Below are positions 48,625 to 62,172 of a stretch of 64,000 bases of DNA, in pieces (the stretch's first letter is position 1; every line of letters begins with the position of its first letter). The DNA comes from Macrostomum lignano. Taxonomy: Eukaryota. The notes below the pieces were generated by a model. The model was not told the origin of the DNA and did not search any database. It worked only from the letters and a program-made list of their open reading frames with translations. The position numbers and the translations under genes are program-made. The DNA is taken from positions 620,001 through 684,000 of the forward strand of contig NIVC01000100.1 in NCBI GenBank assembly GCA_002269645.1, given 5' to 3'.

Positions 48625-50051
48625 GATATCTTTAGAACTCCTTTGCTTTGGGGCCCAAATCCAAGTTGATAGTTGCCATTCCCATGACATCTGCCCTGCC
48701 CCCTGTATCTATCTGCCCTCATAAGTATGAGCACCAAGTGGCAAAATTTATCAAAGCAGAAGCTTTACAATTCTTTAAGTCAGAGGCAGTTTAGTTGTAT
48801 GTGCTAGACTGCCTCTGACTTAAAAGGATGCTATGACTATGACTTAGAGACTGTGCTATGTGCTAGTATTTTATTTTTTATCTTGTACTAGCTTGTACTA
48901 GCCCTGTCGCAGGGAAGAAAGCAGGTGGATTGAACAAAGAGGCAGACTGGGGAAGGGGGCAATGTAAGAAACTTTATACTAAAGGTATCCCATAGTAATT
49001 TTTTTTCCGTTGGGCAGATGTTATCTCTAGCCAAGCTCGTAAGTAAAGTGGAAGAAGAGCTTTATGATATTTATACTGCTTTAACGAGCATATACAACAA
49101 ACTGGGGGCTGAGTGGGGGGTTGTGGCCAACTTGCAGGAGGCTTGAGAGGGGGGAGGAAAGGAAGTGAGGGAAAAAAACCACACTCGAATACAAGCTTGT
49201 AAAAGAAACTAGCTTGGGCATGATTGTACCCAATACGAATGATTTATGTGATAACTCGAATATGAATTGAATGCTACAGTGCTTCTCAGTCCCAAATATG
49301 AATGGTATGACTTGCTCTGGTTCTCAGTCCCGCCCTGATTGAATCAACTTTGAATATTGCCTTCGTTGATCGTTGTCGCTCCCTTCTTTCTTTTCACAAT
49401 GAAAAACAAACGACTGTTTATGCTTTTCTTCGTCTCTTATCTCCTCCCAGGTTATGTCTAGCAAACACACAGGCTTCCCCTATTTTATCGGTTTCTGATT
49501 TTGCTTACCGGCACTCTTTCCAGATTAGAAGCAATAACCTCTAGTCTAGTCCAAGGGCCGGCAAACTTTTACCCTAAGGACCAGGTAGAGAAAAATCCAG
49601 CTCTTGGCGGCAAGCCAGATGAGACTGGAAAGGATAGGAAACATAAAATTAGAGATGAGAAAAGAGAGGAGATGCGAGAAAAAGGACGAGAGAAGAGATA
49701 TGAGATATGAGGAGAGACGAGACAGAAAAAAAGAGGAGAGAGGGGAGGGAGAAGAGAGGGGAGAGAGGATCGAAAAGGAAAAGAAGAGAAGAGAGGAGAA
49801 AATGAGGGAAGAGAATAGAGAAAGGAGAAAGAAGGGAATGAGAGGAGAGGGGAGAAGGGGAAGAGAGGGGAAGGGGAGAGAAGAGAAAAATGGAGAGAAT
49901 AGGAGAGAGGAGAGAAGGGAGAGAAGAGAAGGGGAAAGAGAAAGCGACCTGAGAAAAGACAAAACTTGAGCGAGCCGAATTGCTATTGTGAAGTTTCAAA
50001 GGACCCGAGGGCCGGATAGAGAGACCCGCGTACAAAGTTTGCCAACCCCTG
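48625..50051 (+). repeat. Second copy of the composite repeat, including a GA-rich hAT-like MITE at 49552-50051
   Basis: Reverse complement of the 20-23 kb copy without the P element. Termini CAAGGGCCGGCAAACTTT and AAAGTTTGCCAACCCCTG; no matching TSD seen. Confidence 0.8.
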
Positions 50052-50880
50052 CACGGTAAAAATGATAAAAACGGTGACTTAGATATTTTGTCCAAAGTCT
50101 ATTTTTCTATCAGTCAGTAGAAACCAATTCGTAGACGCATGGACCGCAAACAAAAAACAATGTGGTAAGAATATTCAAGCGGGCGGATGTGGGTGTTCAG
50201 CTGCAGTTTCCACTGACTTGGAATTCAGAATGGAAGGATCGATTTGACAATAAAACTGTCATGTGAATGCAGAGACGCATCGGACGCTTATGATGCAGTG
50301 AATTTATTCATCTTAAAAAATGCCAAAAGCCGGGGTTAGATGAACCCCTTCTACCTTTCCAGTTCTCCCTTACAATTCTTCAATGGGTCTTTGAATCATA
50401 TATCATTTAGTCCAATCTTTTCGTTGTTCCCTCCAGCTCACAGGGCTTTCTTTTTCTCTATCTTCTATAACTATAAAAAATCTAAACTGTGTGTCGCTTT
50501 AGTTTTATCAATCCTCTTTGTTCAAATTTGACACAAACAATTTTCGGGAGAAACACCTGTCCGTAAAAGCTTTCCAAAACTTCCGTTTTTTATTGCTATA
50601 TATATTGCCCCTATCAAGCTCCTATCCCTTCCAAAAGACAGCCATGGAAGCATTAGCTCATTAGCTAAGTATTTGTACTAATATCTGTCGTATTGATGTA
50701 TTCAAAGTAAATTAAAAAAGAACGGTTTGATTCTGTTAAAGAGCAGTAAAATTCTGATAGCATTAGGCAAAGCCAGAGAAGAACTCAGCTACAGTTTGAG
50801 TCAGCTGTCATGTATTTGCATGTACTCGTAGAAATAACGATGAAGCTGAGTAGCCATAGTTTATTCAGCGAGCTACTCAG

Positions 50881-52640
50881 CTACTCAGCTTCGGCAAGAG
50901 GAATAACTAGCCAAGCTCCAGAACTTCGGGGGAACAAGAAACATTTCTTCTGGGGAACGCCTACAATTACAGATCGCGTCTCAACAAAAATTCCTATTCC
51001 TAATTTGGAAGACTCGTATGTATAATCATACACGTTGGATTTAAAAGTTAAAACAGCACCACTCACTTTGTGGCCAAGCACACTAGTTAAGCGAATGACC
51101 TTGCTATCCACAATGCAGCAGTTGTCTGGACTTTTAGCTGAATACCTTACAGGGGAAATTTGGTCAGTAGTTAGCAACTCGCGAATACATAGCATTTGAT
51201 TCAATAAGTGAGCGGAAGCAAAACGCGTTACACGGAGCCGACGCTTAAGGTGAGACAGATAATTCTCGAATGGAAAAGCTGAAAAATTAGAGATGTTTCC
51301 AAGTTGCTTGGCAAATGCGGGCAGGTGTAAAAGTACATGGGCATTGTGTGTTAAAAAAAAACTATCACCGTACAGTTGGTAGGCATCGTAGAAAAATAGA
51401 CGAATGGCGGCTTCAGCCATCTCAAAAAGCTCAGCATCTCGGAGGAGGTCTGAGCATAGAATATAGCAGGCGAAGTGGAATAATAGAAAATGCCTGTACA
51501 GTTCACTCGGCAGAAATTTACGCAGAAAGTAGGGGCGTAAATACGTAGCTACGTAGCTACGTAGAGTACCCAAGTGCGGAATTCAGTTGCATTGAAATGA
51601 CTCAGTTCCTGGTCAATTCTGCGTGGGCACCGCTGAAAGTTTGTCGGCGTGAAGGACTGGCGCGCTTCGGTATAATCAGACAAGCTGGTGATCGCATCAG
51701 GCCGAATATTGCGATGCCGACCGTCAACGGCGAACAAAAAGTGAAACAGTCGCCTGGCAAAGCCAAGGAATAGCAGGTGCATCGGCTCAGGTGGGCAAGC
51801 TTCAGGCAGCTGGATGCCTGGAAGCAACAGCAAAGGACTCAAATCTTTCCGCTGATTTGACTCCCTGCAAATAAAAAATTAAATGGTCAAAGAAAGATGG
51901 TGTTACCTAATGTACCAAGATTATCTACACCAAATCTACCCTTTCTACCGAATCACCTTTCTATTTAAGCTCCCCAGTCTACTATCTATCATGTCTACCC
52001 TGCCTTTATTAAGAAGCATAAAAGGAGGACTTACATTTTAGCTCGGTGGAATTCGGCTGTGCGAAATTCTGGAGCTTGTTTCGGGTAGACAATTCGCCGG
52101 TCGACTGTCTTGGCGACCGCCCTACAATAAGGGCATCCATGGTGCGCGGTATGACCCAATGTAGAAGTAATGAAGGCCCGAGTTGGTGAATCACAGATAA
52201 AAGTGGCTCGTCGGATGCGGATAAGGACTCCCTCGACTTCGATGAAACCAGCCATGAAGGACTCCAGCTCCTTGCAGAAATCAGTCAGATATTCATTGAG
52301 AGGGGCTTGCCCAAACAAGCGTACACAGCGACAGGAAGAGGGCGAGAAAAACAAGAAAATTTTGCCAAAATCGGCCAAGCGGCATAATTGGAGGAGTTGT
52401 ACATTGGCATGCCATCAATACAAAAATCGGCATCAACCTCGTACCCTTGTCTTCCATCGGAAGTTTTTGTTGGATTGATCAGAGCCAACATTCCGCTCCG
52501 GTGTAAGAAAGCAAGGTTCGAAGCAATTCCGAGATAGGAGAAGCGGCCATTTCCCATGTTGAACTTCTTTACTGACTCACGGGTCGATTTAGTAAGTCGG
52601 TAAAGTGTTTTTGCAACAGGCAGGCTGACCAACGCATTTA
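50881..52640 (-). pseudogene. CACTA/EnSpm-type transposase, copy D (closest to copy A), 5'-truncated, intron 51865-52034
   Basis: CIDGMPMYNSSNYAAWPIL, CDSPTRAF..GHTAHHGCPYC, EPMHLLFLG, FQRCPRR, HNAHVLLHL, FSAFPFENYL. Frameshifts near 52310 and 51555. Confidence 0.88.
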
Positions 52641-52861
52641 GAAGAAACTAGCAATCTACGCCCCCCGTTGGGGAGCTAAAGAAATGAAATAAACGTTTTT
52701 TAATAAGCTACATGTAGCCTTGAAATCTTAAAAAATCTCCTGTCAAACTTCCTTGACATGTCAGTAATCCCCCCCACAAGCTTTAACATATCAACTTCCC
52801 CCCTTGACATCTCAGCGATGCTCCCCATAAGCCATGAAATCTAAAAAAATCTGTCAACTTT

Positions 52862-52915
52862 CTAACCCTAACCCTAGCCTAACCCTAACCCTAACCCTAA
52901 CCTAACCTAACCCTA
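52862..52915 (-). repeat. Interstitial telomere-type (TTAGGG)n tract, slightly degenerate
   Basis: (CTAACC)n on the plus strand. Confidence 0.9.
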
Positions 52916-53779
52916 AAACATTGACATTTCAGTAATTCTCTCTAAGAGTCATTATACATGTAGCACTCGTCTTGGAGAGAATAGCGATAGCGATTCCCCG
53001 CAAGCCTCCACATCCAAATGAATCTCTAAACTTCGACATGAAGCTTCTTTTATTTTTTACATTACGCTTTTTCTACCAGCGATCCCTCCCGTGAGAAGCC
53101 AACAAATAATGAAAAAAAGTTTTCAATAAACTACATGTACATGTAGCTTCTGATTTTAGCCTTGACATCTCATTTATTCCCCCGTGAGCCTTGACATCTC
53201 AGCTATTCCCCCCGTAAGCCTTGACATGTCAGCGATGCCCCCCCCCCATAAACCTTGATATCTGAAAAATCCCCTGTTAACCTTGAAACCCGTAAAACCC
53301 GTAGAATCCCCTGTAAAATCTAACCCTCAACCCAAACCTGACCTAAACCTAACTTTAACCCAACCTAAAGCCTTGAAATCTCAGAAATTCTTCTCCCCTA
53401 AGCCTTGACAATTTAGTGATTCTTGCTTCAAGAATCACAGCACTATAGCGATTCCCTCCAAGCCTTGACATCGTAGCAATTCCTAAATGAATCTTTTAAC
53501 TTCAACATGACTCTTCTTTTATGTATACATAGTGCTTCTTTTGTTTTTTGCATGAGTCTTCTTCTATCAGCGCCCCCCCCGTGGCAAGCCAACAAAGAAT
53601 GTAATTAAAAATTGAGTAAACTACATGTACTTTGAAGTAGCTTCTGACTTTTGCTTTGACATCTCAGAAACCCCCCCCGTAATCTCAGTTATTCTCCGTG
53701 AACCTTGACATCTCAGTAATTCTCCCCAGCACAGCACAATAGCTTCATTAAATTTTTAAATGACACTTCTTTCATGTCT

Positions 53780-55060
53780 GACATGGCGCTTCTATGATTG
53801 TTTACATGACGCTTCTATGATTGTTTACATGACCCTTCTATGATATTTTACATGACGCTTCTATGATTGTTTACATGACGCTTCTATGATTGTTTACATG
53901 ACGCTTCTATGATATTTTACATGACGCTTCTATGATTGTTTACATGACCCTTCTATGATATTTTACATGACGCTTCTATGATTTTTTGCATGACGCTTCT
54001 ATGATTTTTACATGACGCTTCTATGATTTTTTTCATGACGCTTCTATGATTTTTACATGACGCTTCTATGATTTTTACATGACGCTTCTATGATTTTTTT
54101 CATGACGCTTCTATGATTTTTTACATAACGCTTCTATGATTTGTTACATGACGCTTCTATGATTTTTTACATGACGCATTTATGATTGTTTACATGACGC
54201 TACTATGATTTTTACATTTTTCCACCAAGCTTTGACATCGTAGCAATTCCCAAATGAATCTTTTAACTTCGACATGACTTTTCTTTTACGTATACGTAGT
54301 GCTACTTTTATTTTTTCCATGACTCTTCTTCTATCGGCGCCCCCCGTGGCGAGCCAACAAAGAATGCAATAAAAAAATTGAGTAAAGTACATGAACTTTG
54401 AAGTAGCTTCTGACTTTTGCTTTGACATCTCAGAAACCCTCCCCCCGCATAATCTCAGTTATTCTCTGAGAGCCTTTACGTCTCAGTTTTTCTCCCCAGC
54501 ACAGCATTATAGCTGCATTTAATTTTTACATGACACCCTTCATGTCTGACATGATGCTTCTTTTATTCTACCATGATGCTTCTTAATTTTTTAAATGACA
54601 CTTTCATGATTTTTTACATGACGCTTCTACAATTTTTACATGACGCTTCTATGATTTTTTAAATGACGCATCTATGATTGTTTACATGACGCTTCTATGA
54701 TTGTTTACATGACGCTTCTATGATGATTGTTTACATGACGCTTCTATGATTATTTACATGACGCTTCTATGATTGTTTACATGACGCTTCTATGATATTT
54801 TATATGACGCTTCTTCGATTTTTTACATGACGCTTCTATGATTGTTTACATGACGCTTCTATGATTGTTTACATAACGCTTCTATGATATTTTACATGAC
54901 GCTTCTTCGATTTTTTACATGACGCTTCTATGATATTTTACATGACGCTTCTTCGATTTTTTACATGACGCTTCTATGATTGTTTACATGACGCTTCTAT
55001 GATTGTTTACATGACGCTTCTATGATTGTTTACATGACACTTCTATGATATTACATGACC
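53780..55060. repeat. 22-23-bp satellite ACATGACGCTTCTATGATTGTTT (two blocks, unit L)
   Basis: Direct reading; the blocks are separated by a duplicated spacer at about 54230-54600. Confidence 0.93.
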
Positions 55061-55859
55061 TTTTCTTGTTTAATATCGTCTTTATTAATTTGCAACGAAA
55101 AATCTAATACACGTATTAGCAAAATGGAATCTGAGAGAATCATGCATACTAAGTTCTGACTGAAATGAAATTGGACCTAATGCAATCATTCGAGTTGATT
55201 AAAACAATCGCTGCTACTACTACTACTAACACGAAGCAGTTATGACACAATAAATTTGTTTTAAATTAAACTAAATTAGTCTATTAAACTGAACAATATC
55301 GTCTTTATTAATTTCCAACGAATTATCGAATAAAGACAGAACAGTTCAAAGCTATAGTCAAAAGGATAAGAACTAAGATGTTTTTGCAGAAGGCTTCGCC
55401 AACAAGATTGGTAAAATTAATAAACAGACAAGAAAATATAGCTTTCACAAAGATCACAGTCATTACCCCTAAATAAAAAATATTCCCAAGACAGCAAGCA
55501 TCCCCCCAGTAGCAAGCATCCCCTAATACTCCTAGCAAGCATCCACCCAGATAGCAAGCATCTGCAGATAGCAAGCATCTTGCAGATAGCAAGCATCTTG
55601 CAGATAGCAAGCATACCCCAAATAATGTAGAAGCATACTTCCAGATAGCAAGCATCCCCCAAATAATGTAGAAGCATACTTCCAGATAGCAAGCATCCCC
55701 CAAATAATGTAGAAGCATCCTTCCAGATAGCAAGCATCCCCCAAATAATGTAGAAGCATCCTTCCAGATAGCAAGCATCCTGCACATAGCAAGAATCCCT
55801 AAATAGCAAGCATCCCTGGATAGAAATAATCCTATACATGTAGCCAAGCTTATCAAGCG

Positions 55860-57462
55860 CAGTAATCCTTGGCTATCGAGTGCAGTAATCCTTGGTTTAT
55901 TAATAGCAATAATCCATGGCTTATCGAGTGCAGTAATTCTTGGTTTGCCAAGTGCAGTAAGTAATCCTTGGTTTATTAATAGCAATAATCCATGGCTTAT
56001 GAGTGCAGTAATCCTTGGTTTATTAATAGCAATAATCCTTGGCTTATCGAGTGCAGTAATTCATGGTTTATTAATAGCAATAATCCTTGGCTTATCGAGT
56101 GCTGTAATCCTTGGTTTATTAATAGCAATAATCCTTGGCTTATCGAGTGCAGTAATCCTTGGTTTATTAATAGCAATAATCCTTGGCTTATCGAGTGCAG
56201 TAATCCTTGGTTTATTAATAGCAATAATCCTTGGCTTATCGAGTGCAGTAATCCTTGGTTTATTAATAGCAATAATCCTTGATTAATCAAGTGCAGTAAT
56301 CCTTGGTTTGCCAAGAGCAATAGTCCTTGGTTTATAGAGTGCAGTAATCCTTGGTTTATTAATAGCAATAATCCTTGGCTTATCGAGTGCAGTAATCCTT
56401 GGTTTATTAATAGCAATAATCCATGGCTTATCGAGTGCAGTAATCCTTGGTTTATTAATAGCAATAATCCATGGCTTATCGAGTGCAGTAATTCTTGGTT
56501 TGCCAAGTGCAGTAAGTAATCCTTGGTTTTTTAATAGCAATAATCCATGGCTTATCGAGTGCAGTTATCCTTGGTTTATTAATAGCAATAATCCTTGGCT
56601 TATCGAGTGCAGTAATCCTTGGTTTATTAATAGCAATAATCCTTGGCTTATCGAGTGCAGTAATCCTTGGTTTATTAATAGCAATAATCTATGGCTTTTC
56701 GAGTGCAGTAATCCTTGGTTTGCCAAGTGCAGTAATCCTTGGTTTATTAATAGCAATAATCCATGGCTTATCGAGTGCAGTAATCCTTGGTTTATTAATA
56801 GCAATAATCCTTGGCTTATCGAGTGCAGTAATCCTTGGTTTATTAATAGCAATAATCCTTGATTAATCAAGTGCAGTAATCCTTGGTTTGCCAAGAGCAA
56901 TAGTCCTTGGTTTATTGAGTGCAGTAATCCTTGGTTTATTAATAGCAATAATCCTTGGCTTATCGAGTGCAGTAATCCTTGGTTTATTAATAGCAATAAT
57001 CCATGGCTTATCGAGTGCAGTAATCCTTGGTTTGCCAAGTGTAGTAATCCTTGGTTTATTAATAGCAATAATCCTTGGCTTATCGATTGCAGTAATCCTT
57101 GGTTTGCCAAGTGCAGTAATCCTTGGTTTATTAATATCAATAATCCATGGCTTATCGAGTGCAGTAATCCTTGGTTTATTAATAGCAATAATCCATGGCT
57201 TATCGAGTGCAGTAATTCTTGGTTTGCCAAGTGCAGTAAGTAATCCTTGGTTTATTAATAGCAATAATCCTTGGCTTATCGATTGCAGTAATCCTTGGTT
57301 TGCCAAGTGCAGTAATCCTTGGTTTATTAATAGCAATAATCCATGGCTTATCGAGTGCAGTAATCCTTGGTTTGCCAAGAGCAATAATCCTTAGCTTATC
57401 GAGTGCAGTAATCCTTGGTTTGCCAAGAGCAATAATCCTTAGCTTATCGAGTGCAGTAATCT
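55860..57462. repeat. 48-bp satellite made of two 24-bp subunits (unit L)
   Basis: AGTGCAGTAATCCTTGGTTTATTA + ATAGCAATAATCCTTGGCTTATCG. Confidence 0.95.
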
Positions 57463-57531
57463 AAGTGTTTTTATTTAGTCCTTTAATAAAAGCTTTTAAT
57501 AAAAAAATTTACACTACTACTTTTAAACTAC

Positions 57532-57595
57532 TTAGATTCGAACCCAGGTTGCTGCATTAGCAGTCTGGTCTGTTCAGCTCTAGGCTAGCTCTCAT
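57532..57595 (-). other. tRNA-derived relic (Ser-GCT-like) or SINE head; copies at 62243-62306 and, degraded, at about 60755-60815
   Basis: Minus strand has B-box GGGTTCGAATC, anticodon-loop-like ACTGCTAAT and a weak A-box; stems do not close into a cloverleaf. Confidence 0.4.
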
Positions 57596-58482
57596 CGAAG
57601 TTATCAGTGAATTTGTACCACTTATATAATTCAACACTCACACCAAGTCAGGTAGAGTAAAAAGTCACACGAAGCAGTTATGACATAATCAATTTCTTAG
57701 GCAAGTCAGTACCAGTGTCTATGAAAGCTAACAATATGGTTACGTAATATAAATTCAGTACTGCACTATGCTTTCACACTCAAAGCTGTGATGCAATTCA
57801 ATTGAGTGTCAAATTCAGCCAGTACACAGACGATAAATAAAGTGTATCGTGATGCAATCTATTTCAGAATCAGAATTCAACCAGTCAGTTTTTCTGCTAG
57901 CATTCTTACAATGCATTTCAAGTCGAAAGAGCTGCTTGACCTTTGCAAAAAAGCATGTTTTTCGAATATTTCATCCCTTTAGCATCGAGCAATTTCTTAG
58001 CCACGATGCATGTACCGTCACGGAAAAATTTCTGATCGAATGGTGCAAGTTTGAACAAATTCGGTTGAGCCATTTTTGCTAAAATCGATCACACACACAT
58101 ATACCGACAGACCATTTTTAGTATATGGACTAGCAATCTAGCGCCCCCCTTCGGGGTGGCCAATAAGCAAGGGACGAATCCTTAAAACTGAAAAAAAATT
58201 CTTAGGGAGGGGGGCTAGGAATCGAATTCTCATTTTAATTCCAGGCTTATGTACCAATAAAACATGTTTGTGCAGAATTTTATAACAGACATTGAAATTC
58301 AACCATACTTGCCTTCTTTCAGAGCTACTTCTACCAGTATGCTTCAGTACGCTACCAGTACCCTTGTAAGCCTTGACATGTCAGCAATCCCCCCCCCCAC
58401 AAGCCTTAACATATCAACTCCCCCCTTGACATCTCAGCGATGCTCCCATAAGCCTTGAAATCTTAAAAAATCTGTCTACTTT

Positions 58483-58522
58483 CTAACCCTAACCCTAACC
58501 CTAACCCTAACCCTAACCCTAA
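58483..58522 (-). repeat. Interstitial telomere-type (TTAGGG)6 tract
   Basis: Perfect (CTAACC)6 at the homologous position in unit M. Confidence 0.93.
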
Positions 58523-59479
58523 AGCATTGAAATTTCAGTAATTCTCTCTAAGAGTCTATAGCACTACTACAGCATTATAGCGATTCCCTGCAAGCCTCGA
58601 CATCGTAGGGATTCCCAAATGAATCTCTTAACTTCGACATGAAGCTTCTTTTTTTTTACATTACGCTTTTTCTATCAGAGATCCCTCCCGTGAGGAGCCA
58701 ACAAATATTGTAATAACTTTTTTCCAATAAACTACATGTAGCTTCTGACATTAGCCTTGACATCTCATTTATTCCCCTGTGAGCCTTGACATCTCAGCTA
58801 TAGATAGATAGATAGATAGATTCCCCTCGTAAGCCTTGACATGTCAGCGATGCCCCCCATAAACCTTGAAATCTAAAAAATCCCCTGTTAACCTTGAAAC
58901 GCGCTAAAATCTAACCCTCAACCCAAACCTGACGTAAACCTAACTTTCACCCAACCTAAAGCCTTGAAATCACAGCAATTCTTCTTCCCTAAGCCTTGGC
59001 ATTTAAGTGATTCCTTCTTTAAGAATCACAGCACTATAACGATTCCCTCCAAGCTTTGACATCGTAGCAATTCCCAAATGAATCTTTTAACTTTGACATG
59101 ACTTTTATTTTATGTATACATAGTGCTCCTTTTATTTTTACATGACTCTTCTTCTATCAGCGCCCCCCCCACCGTGGCAAGCCAACAAAGAATGCAATAA
59201 AAAAACTTAAGTAAAGTACATGTACTTTGAAGTAGCTTCTGACTTTTGCTTTAACATCTCAGAAACCCCCCTGTAATCTCAGTTATTCTCTGTGAGCCTT
59301 GACGTCTCAGTGATTCTCCCCAGCACAGCACTATAGCTTCATTTAATTTTTATGACACTTGTTTCATGTCTGACATGACGCTTCTTTTGATTTTTACGTT
59401 ACGCTTCTTTTATTCTTCCATGATGCTTCTTAATTTTTTAAATGACACACTTTCATTAGTTTTTATATGAGGCTTCTAT

Positions 59480-60695
59480 GATTTTTTCATGACGCTTCTA
59501 TGTTAACATGACGCTTCTATGCTTGTTTACATGACGCTTTTATGATTGTTTACATGACGCTTCTATGATTGTTTAAATGACGCTTGTATGATTTTTACAT
59601 GACGCTTCTATGATTGTTTACATGACGCTTCTATGATTTTTACATGACGCTTCTATGATTTTTACATGACGCTTCTATGATTTTTACATGACGCTTCTAT
59701 GATTTTTTACATGACGCTTCTATGATTGTTTACATGACGCTTCTATGATTGTTTACATGACGCTTCTATGATTTTTTATGACGCTTTTATGATTTTAACA
59801 TGACGCTTCTATGATTTTTTACATGACGCTTCTATGATTGTTTACATGACGCTTGTATGATTGTTAACATGACGCTTCTATGATTTTAACATGACGCTTC
59901 TATGATTGTTTACATGACGCTTCTATGATTTTTACATGACGCTTCTATGATTTTTACATGACGCTTCTATGATTGTTTACATGACGCTTCTATGATTGTT
60001 TACATGACGCTTCTATGATTGTTTACATGACGCTTTTATGATTGTTTACATGACGCTTCTATGATTGTTTACATGACGCTTCTATGATTGTTTACATGAC
60101 GCTTCTATGATTGTTTACATGACGCTTTTATGATTGTTTACATGACGCTTCTATGATTTTTACATGACGCTTCTATGATTTTTACATGACGCTTCTATGA
60201 TTGTTTACATGACGCTTCTATGATTGTTTACATGACGCTTGTATGATTGTTTACATGACGCTTCTATGATTTTTTATGACGCTTTTATGATTTTAACATG
60301 ACGCTTCTATGATTTTTTACATGACGCTTCTATGATTGTTTACATGACGCTTGTATGATTGTTTACATGACGCTTGTATGATTTTAACATGACGCTTCTA
60401 TGATTGTTTGCATGACGCTTCTATGATTTTTTTATGACGCTTCTATGATTTTTTACATGACGCTTTTATGATTGTTTACATGACGCTTTTATGATTTTTA
60501 CATGACGCTTTTATGATTTTTTTATGACGCTTCTATGATTGTTTACATGACGCTTTTATGATTTTAACATGACGCTTCTATGATTGTTTACATGACGCTT
60601 GTATGATTGTTAACATGACGCTTCTATGATTGTTTGCATGACGCTTGTATGATTGTTTACATGACGCTTGTATGATTGTTTACATGACGCTTCCA
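59480..60695. repeat. 22-23-bp satellite ACATGACGCTTCTATGATTGTTT (unit M)
   Basis: Direct reading, about 50 units. Confidence 0.95.
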
Positions 60696-61082
60696 TAATT
60701 TTTTTTTGTCTTGGCGTTAAAAAGCTTTAATTAAAAAAACTCCACTCTCTAAAAATTCGAACCATCGTCCCTGCATTTAGCAGTTTAGTTTGTTTACCTC
60801 TAGGCTAGCTCTCATGAGTTTTAGTCATTACCCCTAAATAGAAAATATTCCCAAGACAGCAAGCATCCCCCCAGTAGCAAGCATCCCCTAATACTCCTAG
60901 CAAGCATCCACCCAGATAGCAAGCATCTGCAGATAGCAAGCATCTTGCAGATAGCAAGCATACCCCAAATAATGTAGAAGCATCCTTCCAGATAGCAAGC
61001 ATCCTGCACATAGCAAGAATCCCTAAATAGCAAGCATCCCTGGATAGAAATAATCCTATACATGTAGCCAAGCTTATCAAGC

Positions 61083-62172
61083 GCAGTAATCCTTGGCTAT
61101 CGAGTGCAGTAATCCTTGGTTTATTAATAGCAATAATCCATGGCTTATCGAGTGCAGTAATTCTTGGTTTGCCAAGTGCAGTAAGTAATCCTTGGTTTAT
61201 TAATAGCAATAATCCATGGCTTATGAGTGCAGTAATCCTTGGTTTATTAATAGCAATAATCCTTGGCTTATCGAGTGCTGTAATCCTTGGTTTATTAATA
61301 GCAATAATCCTTGGCTTATCGAGTGCAGTAATCCTTGGTTTATTAATAGCAATAATCCTTGGCTTATCGAGTGCAGTAATCCTTGGTTTATTAATAGCAA
61401 TAATCCTTGGCTTATCGAGTGCAGTAATCCTTGGTTTATTAATAGCAATAATCCTTGATTAATCAAGTGCAGTAATCCTTGGTTTGCCAAGAGCAATAGT
61501 CCTTGGTTTATAGAGTGCAGTAATCCTTGGTTTATTAATAGCAATAATCCTTGGCTTATCGAGTGCAGTAATCCTTGGTTTATTAATAGCAATAATCCAT
61601 GGCTTATCGAGTGCAGTAATCCTTGGTTTGCCAAGAGCAATAGTCCTTGGCTTATCGAGTGCAGTAATCCTTGGTTTGCCAAGTGCATAATCCTTGGTTT
61701 ATTAATAGCAATAATCCTTGGTTTATCGAGTGCAGTAATCCTTGGTTTATTAATAGCAATAATCCTTGGCTTATCGAGTGCAGTAATCCTTGGTTTATTA
61801 ATAGCAATAATCCATGGCTTATCGAGTGCAGTAATCCTTGGTTTGCCAAGAGCAATAGTCCTTGGCTTATCGAGTGCAGTAATCCTTGGTTTGCCAAGAG
61901 CAATAGTCCTTGGTTTATTGAGTGCAGTAATCCTTGGTTTGCCAAGAGCAATAGTCCTTGGCTTATCGAGTGCAGTAATCCTTGGTTTGCCAAGAGCAAT
62001 AGTCCTTGGTTTATTGAGTGCAGTAATCCTTGGTTTATTAATAGCAATAGTCCTTGGTTTATTGAGTGCAGGAATCCTTGGTTTATTAATAGCAATAATC
62101 CTTGGCTTATCGAGTGCAGTATTCCTTGGTTTGCCAAGAGCAATAATCCTTAGCTTATCGAGTGCAGTAATC
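61083..62172. repeat. 48-bp (2x24) satellite (unit M)
   Basis: Same subunits as in unit L. Confidence 0.95.

Larger units (their letters stand above)
52648..58129 (-). mobile_element. Non-autonomous Helitron-like unit L
   Basis: Minus strand begins TC at 58129 and ends hairpin (52660-52675) + 8 nt + CTAG (52648-52651) followed by host T. Confidence 0.75.

Noticed and set aside
52862-52915. True chromosome end
   Set aside because: The tracts are short, internal and duplicated as part of a larger repeat unit.
57532-57595. Functional tRNA gene
   Set aside because: Acceptor and D stems do not pair; retained only as a relic.
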